Position numbers and translations under genes: made by a program. The notes under the pieces are model-generated. The model was given only the letters and a program-made list of their open reading frames with translations, was not told the origin of the DNA and searched no databases. This document shows positions 31,869-43,417 of a stretch of 64,000 nucleotides of DNA, one piece after another. This DNA is from an uncultured Planctomycetota bacterium. GTDB lineage: Bacteria > Planctomycetota > Planctomycetia > Isosphaerales > Isosphaeraceae. The stretch's first letter is position 1; each line of letters begins with the position of its first letter. The DNA lies in assembly GCA_963845755.1 (NCBI GenBank), contig CAWJTV010000041.1, forward strand, positions 128,001 through 192,000, given 5' to 3'.

Positions 31869-33236
31869 ATGAAAACGAAACAACGTCCCGTTACTCGCAA
31901 GGATACCTCCTGGACTACGGCAGAGGGCACCCGCACGGCGCGGCGGACTCAGACTATGGTGGACCCGATGAAAGCCTTCAGGCCAGGAAGTCGCCTGCCA
32001 TTAGGCCGCGGCTCGGTCGAATATGGCGTAGGCAGCGAAGCCGATCACGAGGCGGTCTATCAGACCCTGCTTCATGTCTTCCACGGTCCGGATCGCGAGT
32101 CCTTCCTGGGTGCCCTGTGCGATCCGTCGTATCGGCCCGATCAACGGCTACTGGCCAAGGTCAACGGCAAGTTGGTCAGCCATGTCCATCTGACCGAACG
32201 CCAAGTCCGATATGGTTCGGTCTCGATCCCGATCAACGGCGTCATGTGGGTCGGGACGCTGCCGGAATTCCGCGGCATGGGTTTCGCGCAGAACCTGATG
32301 CGTCTGGCCAGTCAGCGTGGGAGCGAGCAGGGATTCGTGCTCCAGGCGCTGACGACGGGCATGCCCCAGTTCTACCGACCGCTCGGCTGGGGCGTCTGCG
32401 GACGGCAGACGTTCGCGCAGACCATGAGCCGCAACCTGCCGCAGGTCAGCGACGGCGTGCTGGAGACCCGGGGCGCCTTCTGGCATGTTCGGCCCTGGCG
32501 TCAGGTCGAGCTCGGCGACCTGATGGCCCTCTACGACATGCAGTACGCCCGAACGACCGGGACGGTCGCCCGCTCCGAGGAATACTGGCGCTGGATGATC
32601 GGACGCCGATACGCTCACGTCATCTGGGTCGCCTGCCAGGGTGAGACCGTACGAGGTTATGCGTTCATCAAGGATCATAAGATCCTCGAGATCGCCTGCG
32701 ACCCCGCATATCCCCAGGCGATGCGCGCACTGCTGGGCCGCGTTCGCGCGGAAGCGCTGGAACGCGCCTATCCCGAGGTCACCGTCTACGCGCCCAGCAA
32801 TCACCCAGTCATGGACGTGATCCGGACGTCATCGGGTCGGATCATCGATCAGGAGTCGTACGACGGGACGGTCTCGATGTATCACATCCCGGATCTCGGC
32901 CTCTTCCTCAAGAGTATCCTGCCGGAGTTGGCCCGGCGCGCCCTGGAGTCCGGCGCCCCCTTGCCGGTGGAGCTGGGAATCTGCATCGAAGACGAGCGCT
33001 GGCTCATTCACGTCGATCGGAAGGATTCGCGCGTCGAGCCGGAGAAGCTGAGTCGGAGATACCTGACGCTGAGCCCCTCGGCGCTGGTCCGGCTCGTCCT
33101 CGGTCACTCGGGGATCGCGGCCGCGGCCGAGGAGGAGGGCTTCACCGCTTCGACCAGCACGGCGATCGACGCGGCACGGGTCCTGTTCCCCCAGGAACCG
33201 ATCTGGCGCAGCCCGCTCGACAGCGCAACGGCTTGA
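31869..33236 (+). CDS. Eis-like GNAT acetyltransferase (tandem GNAT + SCP2-like C-terminus)
   Basis: VGTLPEFRGMGFA (acetyl-CoA motif), FYRPLGW and ARSEEYWRW, with a C-terminal LTLSPSALVRLVLGH. The start is uncertain (31740-31957). Confidence 0.82.
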   Translation: MKTKQRPVTRKDTSWTTAEGTRTARRTQTMVDPMKAFRPGSRLPLGRGSVEYGVGSEADHEAVYQTLLHVFHGPDRESFLGALCDPSYRPDQRLLAKVNGKLVSHVHLTERQVRYGSVSIPINGVMWVGTLPEFRGMGFAQNLMRLASQRGSEQGFVLQALTTGMPQFYRPLGWGVCGRQTFAQTMSRNLPQVSDGVLETRGAFWHVRPWRQVELGDLMALYDMQYARTTGTVARSEEYWRWMIGRRYAHVIWVACQGETVRGYAFIKDHKILEIACDPAYPQAMRALLGRVRAEALERAYPEVTVYAPSNHPVMDVIRTSSGRIIDQESYDGTVSMYHIPDLGLFLKSILPELARRALESGAPLPVELGICIEDERWLIHVDRKDSRVEPEKLSRRYLTLSPSALVRLVLGHSGIAAAAEEEGFTASTSTAIDAARVLFPQEPIWRSPLDSATA

Positions 33237-33385
33237 GGCAACCAACCTGCGAATCGTTCTTCTTTATTGTGATACCAACCCGATGCGACAGTGAGGATCC
33301 GTGGACGATCGCCCTCCCTGGCGCAGTCGGGTCGGTAAGAGGACCCGGCGGGCAGTCCCGAATCGGGACCCAGGAGCCCAGAATG

Positions 33386-34401
33386 CTACCAGGGTGTCCG
33401 GTCCATCGCTCGTGGATGGATGTACTTCTTGACGGGCGGTGACATCAGGTACAGGGACAGGACCGCGTAGAGCATGATCAAGCCGATGCCCACCTCGATG
33501 CTCTGAAGATCGAACTGTTTTTCCACCTGCTCGATCTGGGTGGAGAGGACGTCGGGATCATCCGATTGGACCCCCTCTTTCACCGGGACACCGTGAATCG
33601 CGGGCTGCAACATCGGCATGGCGATGAGGGTCATCAGGTCGATGAAGACACCGAGGGTCAACGCCGTCATGAGAAGCTTCGCCGATCGGCCGCGGATGAA
33701 CTGCACGGCGGCGAAGATCCCGAAGCCCGAGACCATGGCGAGACAGAGCCAACCATACTTCTGCCAGGCGTCGGCAGAATTGCCGACGGAGCGGACGATG
33801 GAGACGATCAACAGGATCAGCCCGCAGGTCCCGCACAAGCCGCCGATGAGCGAAATGTGAATGGGCGGGCCCTGGGGAGGAGGCGGGGGGGGCGGAGCCA
33901 GGTCGTCTGCCAGACCGACGCGCATGCCGGTCTCCTGGTCCATGCCGCAGGAAACGCAGATCGACATGCCCTGCGGGACCAGGCCTCCGCATTGCGAGCA
34001 TCGTCGAGCTCGTCCTCGGGCCTCCGCGGCCGTGACCCGCCGCTTCGGACCCCCACGGTCATCCAGGAGGGCTGCGGCATCGCCGATCGCGGAATCGGTG
34101 GCCATTCCGGACTGCTCAGCGTCGCGGGCGCTCATCAACGGGAGGTCGAACGTGTCCCGCAGGTCCCTATCCGCGAGCGGAAGCGGCAGTTCTTCCGGAG
34201 TCGGCGGTTTGATGGGCATCTCGTAACGCGACGGCCAGTCGGCATCGGCCGGGCCTGGCAGGGTGGATGCGGAGCTCGCATCGGCGACCGTCATCACGAA
34301 TCGCACGCCGCACTGGGGACAGCGGAGCGCTTACCCGCGCTGGCCTTCTCAGGCAGATTCAAGATGATTCCGCAATTCTGACACTGAGTAGTCCGGGGCA
34401 T
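33386..34401 (-). CDS. Zinc-ribbon membrane protein (N-terminal MJ0042-like finger, second Zn ribbon, 4 TM); frameshift near 34325
   Basis: MPRTTQCQNCGIILNLP...RCPQCG and CSQCG...CVSCG, followed by hydrophobic helices. Confidence 0.72.
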
Positions 34402-34585
34402 AGTACCGTAACGCAGGGGATTTTTGGGATTTGTCCGAAGGCTCACGGCGCCTTCCCCTGGGAAGCGAAAGTCACCATCCTCGATGGGAGCAACGGCAAT
34501 TTCGGCGATTCTCTCTTATCCTAGACGCCGTGGCCAGACTTTCCGCAGGCAAAAAAACCCGAAGACTCGAAAATTCATCCAGGAT

Positions 34586-35113
34586 TCATGCCTCTTGATC
34601 TGCACGGGGCTCCGCCCCCGTCCCGTCCTTGACGGCGAGTTCGGCCGCTCCGGAACGGGGGAAATCACCGGATTCCACGATGCGTCGCGTGGTCTCATGG
34701 CGGTAGTCAAACAACTTTCGCACCTTCGACTCCAACAGGCCACCCGCCAGGAGACGCCCCACCCTTTTTAAAGGCGGTTCGTAGTCCACAATGTCACGGA
34801 GGAGGGTCCCCCCCTGTCCATCATCGAGGAAGAGGTGGCGATGATACCAGGAGGCGAACGGGCCCTCGACCTGCCGGTCGGCGAACATCCGGCCCGACTC
34901 GTACTCAGTGTGCTTGGCGATCCATCGCAAACGAAACGGCCCCAGCCCCGCGGAGAGGACGACCCGTGCGCCGGGTTTCAGCGAATGGCCTCCCTCGATC
35001 ACCTCGACGCGTTCCCATGGCGGGGTGAGCCTCTGGAGGGCTCCCGGGCTCTCGTGAAACGCGAAGACGACATCCGGCGGCGCCGCGATCCGAGTCTCTT
35101 TGACGAACCGCAT
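34586..35113 (-). CDS. SRPBCC family protein
   Basis: VFAFHESPGALQRLTPPW, FADRQVEGPFASWYHRH and LFDYRH. Confidence 0.88.
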   Translation of the reverse strand: MRFVKETRIAAPPDVVFAFHESPGALQRLTPPWERVEVIEGGHSLKPGARVVLSAGLGPFRLRWIAKHTEYESGRMFADRQVEGPFASWYHRHLFLDDGQGGTLLRDIVDYEPPLKRVGRLLAGGLLESKVRKLFDYRHETTRRIVESGDFPRSGAAELAVKDGTGAEPRADQEA

Positions 35114-35638
35114 CAGAGCCACCCCGCTCACCAGCAATCCCGCTTCCCTGGATCCGAACCGCCGACTCAATCAGTCAATCAGGACCAGGGCACCGCTCCC
35201 GAAACGGAAGAGGTCACAGCTTCCCTATGACAATTGTTACGAGGAAGACCGCCGCCCGTCAAAGGGGATCAGAGAACATCTCGCGATCCTCGATCCATTC
35301 GTACCTACAATGCGGCCCCAACCCCGGGCCGCCGGTCACCAGAAACCGCGCGGGATCGGCCGCGGCTTGACCGGAGACCACCCACGGCGTTAACGTGTTC
35401 TCAGGCATCGGCCTGGGAACGCGGACATCAGTTCCCGACTGGAGTGGTTCCTCCGGTTGGACGAGCGTCTCCTCCCAGGATTCCGCGGTCATCGAAGCGG
35501 GCGTCCGACCGAGTTCCGGCTGGGCGCGAACAAGGTCACGAACCGGCGAGGGATCCTGCGAGCGGTTCGTGTCTTGGCTTCCGTTTCCCCCTGAGGCAGC
35601 GGGGATGGGTTGAAACCAGGCACCTGGAGTCTAATTCG

Positions 35639-37154
35639 ATGAAAGAGACGCAAGGGGTGAGCCGCCGGAGCTTTCTGGAGACGGCGGGTGTCGCAACCGG
35701 CACGGCCGTGGCCGCCGCCACCGCCTTCCCGCATCCGGCCATCGGCGCCGTGAAGGGAGCCAACGAGAAGCTGAACATCGCGATTCTCGGACCGGGCGGT
35801 CGCGCCGAGGAACACCTCCGCATCCTCCTGAGGATGAAGCGGGAGCAAAAGCCGGTCGATATCATCGGCCTGTGCGACGTCTGGGACGGCAACGACGAGG
35901 TCAAGCGCGGGCTGTACTACTCGGCCAAGAAGTGCGGCCTGGACCACGAGGGGAAAGATAAGGACCGGATCACGAAGGATTACCGGCGCATCCTCGATTG
36001 CAAGGATGTCAACGTGGTCCTGATCGCCACTCCCGATCACTGGCACGCCAAGATGTCCATCGATGCCATGGAGGCCGGCAAGGACGTCTACTGCGAAAAG
36101 CCGATGACCCACACGATCGACGAGGCCCGCCGGGTCAGCGAGACCACCAAGCGGACCAAGCAGGTCTTCACTGTGGGCGTCCAGTCGACCGCCGACCCCC
36201 GCTGGCGCACTGGCCAACCAGATGATCACCGAGGGGAAGATCGGCCATGTGATGCAGGGACAGACCAGCTACTACCGCAATAGCGACGGCGGCCAGTGGC
36301 GGTATTACCAGCTCTCGAAGGACATGAATCCCCGGACCGTCGATTGGAAGATGTTCCTGGGAACTGACTTCGGCCTTGCCCCCGACATGCCGTTCAACCG
36401 GGCCAAGTACGCTCAGTGGCGCTGCTACTGGGATTTCGGCGGCGGCATGTACACCGACCTCTTTGTCCACCAGCTCACCCACTTGATCCTGGCGATGGGT
36501 GTTCGATTCCCGCGGCGGGTCGTCGGCGCCGGCGGCCTGTACCTCGAATACGACGGCCGCGACGTACCCGACATGGCCACCGTCGTCGCCGATTACGACG
36601 AGGGTTGCCAGGTCCTGATCTCGGCGAGCATGTGCAATGACGTCCAGCTCCCCGAGGTGATCCGCGGCCACACGGCGACCATCGAGTTCGATAAGCCCGA
36701 AAGGGCGGGCTTCCGTGTCATCCAGCAAAAGCTCGAGGGGCGGCCAGCTCCTCCGGGTTCCAATCGCGGCGAAGGCGGCGAGAAGTTCGCTCCTCCGCAG
36801 CCCAGCGAGGACACTCGTGGTTTGTGGGAGCACTTCATGGAGTGCGTCCGCTCGCGCAATCCGGAGACCCTTTGTCCCGCCGACCTGGGTTATGCCGCCA
36901 TCACCACGGTCAACCTGGGCGTCCAGTCCTATCGCGAAGGCAAGGCCTACTACTTCGACAAGGCGACGGGCGACATCATTCATGCCGACGGCGCCTGGGC
37001 GGCGCGGTGGGAAGAGCGAAGCCACCTCCGCGGCAAGCCGAACCAGGTCGCCGGCTGGAAGGCCGGCGACGAAGGTTCCTTGCTCCACCTCCCCAGCTAC
37101 CAGAAGCTCGAAGGTGACTGGGTCGACGGCAAGGATCCTGCCGGGTCGGTCTAA
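35639..37154 (+). CDS. Gfo/Idh/MocA oxidoreductase with Tat signal; frameshift near 36210
   Basis: [37 protein letters not shown] and [18 protein letters not shown]. Confidence 0.92.
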
Positions 37155-37179
37155 TAATCGGCTGGAATCGGCCATAAGC

Positions 37180-37221
37180 GTAGGGTGGGCCGAGCCGCGA
37201 TTCGTCGCGGCTCGGCCCACC
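37180..37221. repeat. GTAG-type REP hairpin between convergent genes
   Basis: GTAG then GGTGGGCCGAGCCGCGA-TTCG-TCGCGGCTCGGCCCACC (17-bp perfect stem). Confidence 0.85.
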
Positions 37222-37230
37222 GAACGCGCA

Positions 37231-39604
37231 TCACGGGCGCCCCGCTCGTGGCCGACCTTGGCGGCGATGCGATCGCGCTCCGCGGCGACAAGCCGAGCGT
37301 GGGGGGCTTGTCCGGGCCGTGCCGCCAGTTCGGCAGTGGCCCTGTCGAGGCGATCGAGCCAGGGAGTCCCTCGGTGGGAGGCATCCGCCTCGACCAGCGC
37401 GGACACCCTATCGGTGAGCTGCGCGGGGAACTCCGAGTCGACCGGCCAGGAGAGGCGGATGACCTCGTCCCAGAGGTCGAGGGCCTGCGCGAAACCCGGG
37501 CCGGAGTTCCCTTTCTCAGCCAGATGCGCGAGCCGGGCCATCGCACCGGTCTCGAGTGCCTGCCAGACGCGAGGACGCCGTTCGTCCGCCGGAATCCGCG
37601 CGAGCCGCGCTTGTAGATCGTCGAACGTGCCGGATTCGCGCAGAGCGTCGATCAAGAGATCCTCGTAGGCCGGACGGAGGGCCCGATCCAGCCGATCGCG
37701 ACGAATCCGCCTCAGGACCGATCGCCAGTCGAGTCGTCGCGGACCATCGAGCGAGTCGCCTCGGTCGTCCCGGGGACGAGCGGCGGTGAACTCGCCGATC
37801 GCGGCGTCCAGGCACCAGTTCAGGAGGACCTCTTCGGAGGCCTCCCGATCCGGCTCGGGACGCGGCCCCGGTGTAGCCACCTCGACGATCAACCAACGTT
37901 CATACGAATCTGAGATCATTTCCCATTCGCGCGGGCTGAGCCGGCCGGCGGACCTGCCCGTGCTCTGGACTCGGTACAACGGATCACCCAGGTAGATCAG
38001 ACGCCAGGGGCGGCCGAACGATTCGAGCTCGCCCTGACGCAGCGCGGCGGCTAACGGCACCTCGGCGGCCATCAACTCGGCAACCAGGCCGGGCTGTCGA
38101 AAGGCCGAGAGGTACGGCTCATTCACCGAGCCGTAGTACACGAACGCGCCCTGGGCCAGCCACCGGCCGGCGATCGTCTGGGGATCGGCCAGGTCGGCGG
38201 CCGAGAAGCTATGGATCATCACCACGGCGGCGGGGAATCCGCCGGGAACATCGGCCGGCCGCCCCGGACCGCCGGGAATCGTGAAACTCCGCGGGCTGCC
38301 CGAGGAGTTGATCCAGACGAAGCCGAAGTGATTGAGCGGAGCGACAGCCCGGTGCCAGCTCGCCAGGTCCGCGCGGGGACGCGCCGGAGGAAAACCTCGC
38401 TCGATCCGAGGGAGCGTCCGAGCGGATCGGCAGCCGGGACCACGCTGTACGCCGACCACGGGAGCTCGGCGTTATAGGTGTCCCAGAGGAGGGCCGCGGA
38501 GGGCTGGAGGAACAAGGCCCCCATGGCACGCGCGACGCTCGCGGCCGGATCGCCCAGCAGTCTGCCGGCGTAGGCCCACCGCCGTCGGGAGGCGTTGAGA
38601 CCCTGGGCATCCGGCTTGCCTTGCAGGTCGCGGCCGACGAGATCGTCCAGCGCCAGAATGCCGCGCGCGGGGCCACGCTCCGCGTCATTGTCATATCGAT
38701 AGGGCCAGTCACCGGCGATGGTCAGGAAATCGCAATCGTCGCCGAGTTGATCGTAATGAGGTGCCACGGAGGCAACCCGGCCCTCGATCCGTTGCGCGAA
38801 CCGCCACGCTTGAGCGAGGGTCAGGACATCGCCGAAGCGATACACACGGCCCATGTCGTCAGGTTCGTTCAAGGACCACATGGCGGGTTCCAGGCGGACC
38901 ATGGCCTGGAACCGACCGGCGGCCAACCCCACGGCGCCCGCGAGCATCGGGCTGTCGGGTGCGGAGAGCACCAGACCCGGCGGAATCGCGCCCAGTCCGC
39001 GCGGCGGCGCGCCGCCGGGCGGGAACTTGCCGTCTTTTGGGGACGGCTCGGACCAGGCCCGCGCCACGGCATCGATCGCCGCCTGCCAGAGGGCCAGTCG
39101 ATCCGCCGGCGATCTGGGGCTTCGAAGGCGGCTCAACTCCGCGGCGCGGCCATCCTCCCGGGCGGCGTACCGAACCACCCGCTCCGGACGGAAGGCGCGG
39201 AGGAACGGCAGGGTCCAAGCCGGCTCGTCGATCAGGATCGGGAAGAAGTGCCGCTCGTCCCACGTGGAGATCGCCTCGAAGAACGAGGGCACGTCCGGGA
39301 CCAGACAGACTTGATCGATCACAAATCGGTGCGGTCCGGACGACTGCCGCCAGGTGAGGATCGCTCGCTGGAACCGCTCCAAGAAATCGGCCTCGTCGGT
39401 CTCATCGCGGCGTGCTTCCGCCCGCTCAGATCGTGCGGCTTCTCCATCAGGACCGGGTACCGAGACGACCGACGGGCCGCCAGGCCGATTCGGGCCAGGT
39501 TTCAACCATCGCCCGAGCAGCCCGGTGAGACCGACGAGTCCCAGTGTAAGGATCAACGCCAGGGACAGAGTCAACCAGCCGGGCCGGGAATCGCGATCGA
39601 ACAT
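37231..39604 (-). CDS. Membrane-anchored hypothetical protein with caspase/gingipain-like (TIGR03790-like) region; frameshifted near 38380 and probably near the 3' end
   Basis: N-terminal TM helix, VIDQVCLVPD...FPILIDE, WINSSG, IHSFSA, RWLAQGAFVYYGSVNEPYLSAF and YLGDPLY. Confidence 0.65.
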
Positions 39605-39909
39605 CGAATCTCCTGAGAAAGCATCCCGCGTGGCCGGTCCCTCGGAGCCGGATCGCGTCGGCAAGTCGTTGCGAGGGTCTCCGCCGGGGCTGGTCCGCCG
39701 GGTTCGCCTTCGCGTGTCGAGAGACATTGGGTGGAGCGAAGCCACGATAATCGTTATACTCGAAAGGGTCTACGAACCCGCAACCCCCGATCTTCAGGCA
39801 GCGTCGCCCGGACGCGGAATCGTCACGCGTCGCCGGAATCGACGGATCTCCCCCAGGGCAGGACCCGTCGCGGGCAGGCGTGTTGCTTGGCTCGTCAAGG
39901 ATCAGTCCG

Positions 39910-40305
39910 ATGAAAAAGGGCGGCATCCTCAACCCAGCAATCTGCTCTCTCCTGGCCGAGCTCGGGCAATCCGACGAGCTGCTGATCGTCGATGCCGCCT
40001 ACCCCCTGCCAACGGACGGCCACGTCATCGACTTGACCCTCACGCCCGGCATTCCTCGCCTGCTCGACGTCCTCCGCGCCGTGACCGAGGAGCTCGTCAT
40101 CGACGCCATCGCCGTCCCCGCGGAGGTCAAGGAATTCAGCCCGCGCATCTACCAGGAGATCCTCAAGATCGTCGGCGATACCGACGTCGACGAGATCCCC
40201 TTCCATGAGTTCAAGGAGCAGGCGCTCGACGTCAAGGGGATCATCCGCTCGGCCGAGTTCAGCCCGTATGCCAGCGTGCGCATCGTCGCGGGAAGTGCGT
40301 TCTAA
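39910..40305 (+). CDS. rbsD: RbsD/FucU family sugar pyranase/mutarotase
   Basis: MKKGGILN...LGQSDELLIVDAAYPLP, IDLTLTPGIP and IIRSAEFSPYAS. Confidence 0.8.
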   Translation: MKKGGILNPAICSLLAELGQSDELLIVDAAYPLPTDGHVIDLTLTPGIPRLLDVLRAVTEELVIDAIAVPAEVKEFSPRIYQEILKIVGDTDVDEIPFHEFKEQALDVKGIIRSAEFSPYASVRIVAGSAF

Positions 40306-40334
40306 CCAGTTTCTGGTAAGACGTTTAGGAATTC

Positions 40335-40394
40335 GTAGGGTGGGTGAAACCCGCCAAGAAGGGGCTCGATCTTGGTGGGTTTCACCCGCCCTAC
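40335..40394. repeat. GTAG-type REP palindrome
   Basis: GTAGGGTGGGTGAAACCCGCCAAGA...TCTTGGTGGGTTTCACCCGCCCTAC. Confidence 0.88.
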
Positions 40395-40439
40395 AAAAGG
40401 CGGGTTGCACCCAGTGGAGGAAGTGGAAGTATCAGAATG

Positions 40440-40979
40440 GAGTTCATGGCGGGCATCGTAAGCCGGATTCTGTCGAGGCCATGACCGAACGCATACGCGC
40501 GAGGCCATGACCCGGATGATCATTTGTCTGGGACGCCGGTTGCCCGACGCCTCGAGCGACCTACCCGAGAGTCGTGACGGACCGGGCCGATCCGTGAGCG
40601 GAAGCCGTGGGAAGATCACGGTTTAACCCGTGAACCTCGTCGCGTCTGTTCGCTCTGCCCCCTTATTTGGTCTTGCTCCCGATGGGGTTTACCGAGCCAA
40701 ACCGGTCACCCGGCCTGCTGGTGGGCTCTTACCCCGCCGTTTCACCCTTACCGCAGTCGCGGCGCCGTGAAGCGCCGCGGCCGAGGCGGTTTGTTTTCTG
40801 TGGCACTGTCCCTATCCAGACCGCTTTCGCGGACCGGACGGTGGGCGTTACCCACCATCGCGCCCTGTGGAGTCCGGACTTTCCTCCGTGGCACGTCCCT
40901 GGACCTCAACCGTCGAGCCGTTACCGGCCCGGCAGCTTCAGCCAGGCGCCGCGGCGATCATCGCGCCCGCCACGAACTC
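40440..40979 (-). ncRNA. rnpB: RNase P RNA, bacterial type A, ~540 nt
   Basis: Minus strand has GAGGAAAGUCCGGACUCC, AGUGCCACAGAAAA, GGUGAAACGG, GGUAAACCCC..GGAGCAAG and ACAGAAUCCGGCUUA. P1 is formed by GAGUUCGUGGCGGGCG / UGCCCGCCAUGAACUC. Confidence 0.97.
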
Positions 40980-41054
40980 TGATCTCATCATACGGGCCGA
41001 GGTTCGCTCGAACAACGGACTTTCGCAGCTCAGGCCTTCGGGTCTGAACTTCGA

Positions 41055-43372
41055 TCATTGAGGGGCCTGCACCTTGGCCTGCGCTTTCTTGGAGACGGTT
41101 CTCTTTCGTACGGCGGACCCACTGGGTGGGTTGAGTTTCTCGCGCTGCTCGTCAGTCAGCAGGGCACGCGGATCGATGATTACCGCCTCGCCGCCCTGAA
41201 GTCCCTGCTTCACCTCCACGCGTTCGTCGTCCCCCTTCCCAAACTGGACTTGTCGTAACTCGAATCCGCCGTTCGGCTTCTTCACGGCGACATGCCACTC
41301 GCCGTCGAGACGGATCGCCGACTGTATCGGTACACTCACGACATTGTCCAACTCGGCGATCAGGATCTGGACCTGGGCCGTCATGCCTGGCCGCAAACCC
41401 GGCAGCGGGTTATCGATGCGGATGTGTGTCGGATAGATCGTGTTGCCGGAAGCGGCAGCAGGATCGCTCGGTCGGGCCGGGGAGCCACATCCAGCACGGT
41501 GCCGTCGAAGACCTGGTTGGGGAAGGCGTTGACGCGAATCCTGACCTTCATATTCGGGAGGATCTGGTCAACACGAGGTTCATGCACACTGGCATTGACC
41601 TGCATGTGGGTAAGATCGCAGACACTGAGGATCGCCTGGCGCTCGCGGACGGTGGCGCCTTCCTCGATCTGTGGCCGAAGAGTGCCGTCGGGGCCATGCC
41701 CCGCGTCGGCGTAGACGACCAGACCGTCGATCGGGGCGAAGAGCGTGCAGCCGGCGATCTGCTTCTGGAGTTTCGCCTCTTTGCCCTTCTCCAGCTCCCA
41801 GGTCGCCTGCTTGGCCAGCTCGACGGATTTCGCCTTTTCCACCTCGCTGACAAGTTCCTTGATGGTCTTGGGCTTGGTGTACTGGGTTAGCACCTTTTCC
41901 TTGCTCTGAGCAAGCTCGAGGAGCCTTCTCTCATTCGAGAGTGTCTCTTCGACGGTCTCGAGGCGGTCGTCCAGGTCAAGATCGGCGACGATCTCCAAGG
42001 CCCCTCGGTCGCGTCCCTTCCTGGCGAGGTAGTCGTTCAGTCCCGCGCGGGCGCGGCGAGTTCGCTCCAGGCGCTTCTCCGACCTCTGGATGGCCGACTC
42101 GGCCCGTTTGACCTGCCCCTGAACGGTTTCGAGATCCTGGGGGTAAATGCCCTCCGTGTACTCGACTACGGCGATCTCGGCCACCTCGCGAGCGATCTTG
42201 GCGTTCAGATAATTGGCCTTGGCCGATTCGGTCGTGATGCGTTGATTCACCAATTGGTCCTTGAGGGCCGCCGAGTCCAGCTCGCAGACGAGGTCACCCT
42301 TCTTGACGCGCACGCCCTCCGGGACAATCTTGATGATCGTCGTCTTGCCTTCAACCGTGCAGTAGATATCCGTGTTCCTGGACGACTCCAGGCTGCCGCG
42401 CTCGACCAGGCTCACTGTAAACCTGCCGGGACGCACCTCCTGGACCGCGGCCGCCTCGTCAACCGCCGCTTTGGCTTTCTCCGCGGGCCGGGCCTGGGCG
42501 CCCGACGTGCCGCGCTGGACGAGCACGTCCATGCCGGCGACCGTGGCGCCGGCGACCAGCAGGACCGAGGCCGCTTTCAGCCATTGCATGGTGAGCATCG
42601 TTCGAAGGACTCCCTGGGCTAATGTCGTTGCTGTGCCTTGGACGAAGGTGCGGACCATGAGGAATCGGGTCGCGGCGCCGGCGGTGGAATCCACCAGGCC
42701 CGACGGAATCGAGGCCGACGCGGCATCAAACTTCATCGCGCCGGCGATCAGCCCGGCGTTCGGAGTAAGTCCGCGACGGAGGAGCCGGCCGCGGAGTCGT
42801 TCGCGGCCCCGAGAAAGCCGGCTCTTGACCGTTCCTGTCGGCCAGCCGAGATGCCGCGCCGCTTGCTCGTGGGTGCATGCTTCCAGATCGCAAAGCACCA
42901 GCGGTGCGCGATAGCGCTCGGGGAGCCGATTGATCTCCTCGTGGAGGATCTTCTCTAGATCGTTGTCCGGCTCGAGGCGGACGGCATCCGCCGGCACGGC
43001 GGCACACCGTTCGTGCCGTCTCCGACGTGCCGCCGCCGATCGGGCACACGAGGCGGTCCGATAGGCCACCTGATGGAGCCAGGGACCCAGAGAATCCCGC
43101 ACCCAGAGCGCGCGGGCCTTCCGCACCAGGACCAGGAACGTGGCCTGGAAGGCATCCTGAGTGTCGTGCGCGTCGGCCAGCACGCTCCGGCAGACGCGCA
43201 ACACCATCGGCCCATGCCGCTCGACCAGGACCGCGAAGGCCAGCTCAGCCACCTCGCCCCGATCGGTCGCGAACCGCTCCAGGAGCTGGCCGTCCGTCAG
43301 CTCCCGGACAGTTCCCAGGTTGAAGAGCGTGCCGAGGTGCCGGCGAACAGCCCCATCCCTTCCGATCGCCAC
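41055..43372 (-). CDS. ECF sigma factor fused via a TM segment to an RND/HlyD-type periplasmic adaptor; frameshift near 41450
   Basis: DGQLLERF, VERHGPMVLRVC, DAFQATFLVL, LPERYRAPLVLCDL and GTVKSRLSRGR, then TM, VPEGVRVKKGDLVCELD, coiled coil, APIDGLVVY and RPGMTAQV. Confidence 0.9.
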
Positions 43373-43417
43373 GACTGGAAATCTCCACCGTCCGCCCGTT
43401 CATTCTCAAGATATGAG

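Noticed and set aside
36168..37230. C-terminal ~350 aa of the 763-aa minus-strand ORF
   Set aside because: It runs through a REP and antisense across the Gfo gene; read-through caused by a probable frameshift near the true stop at ~37231.
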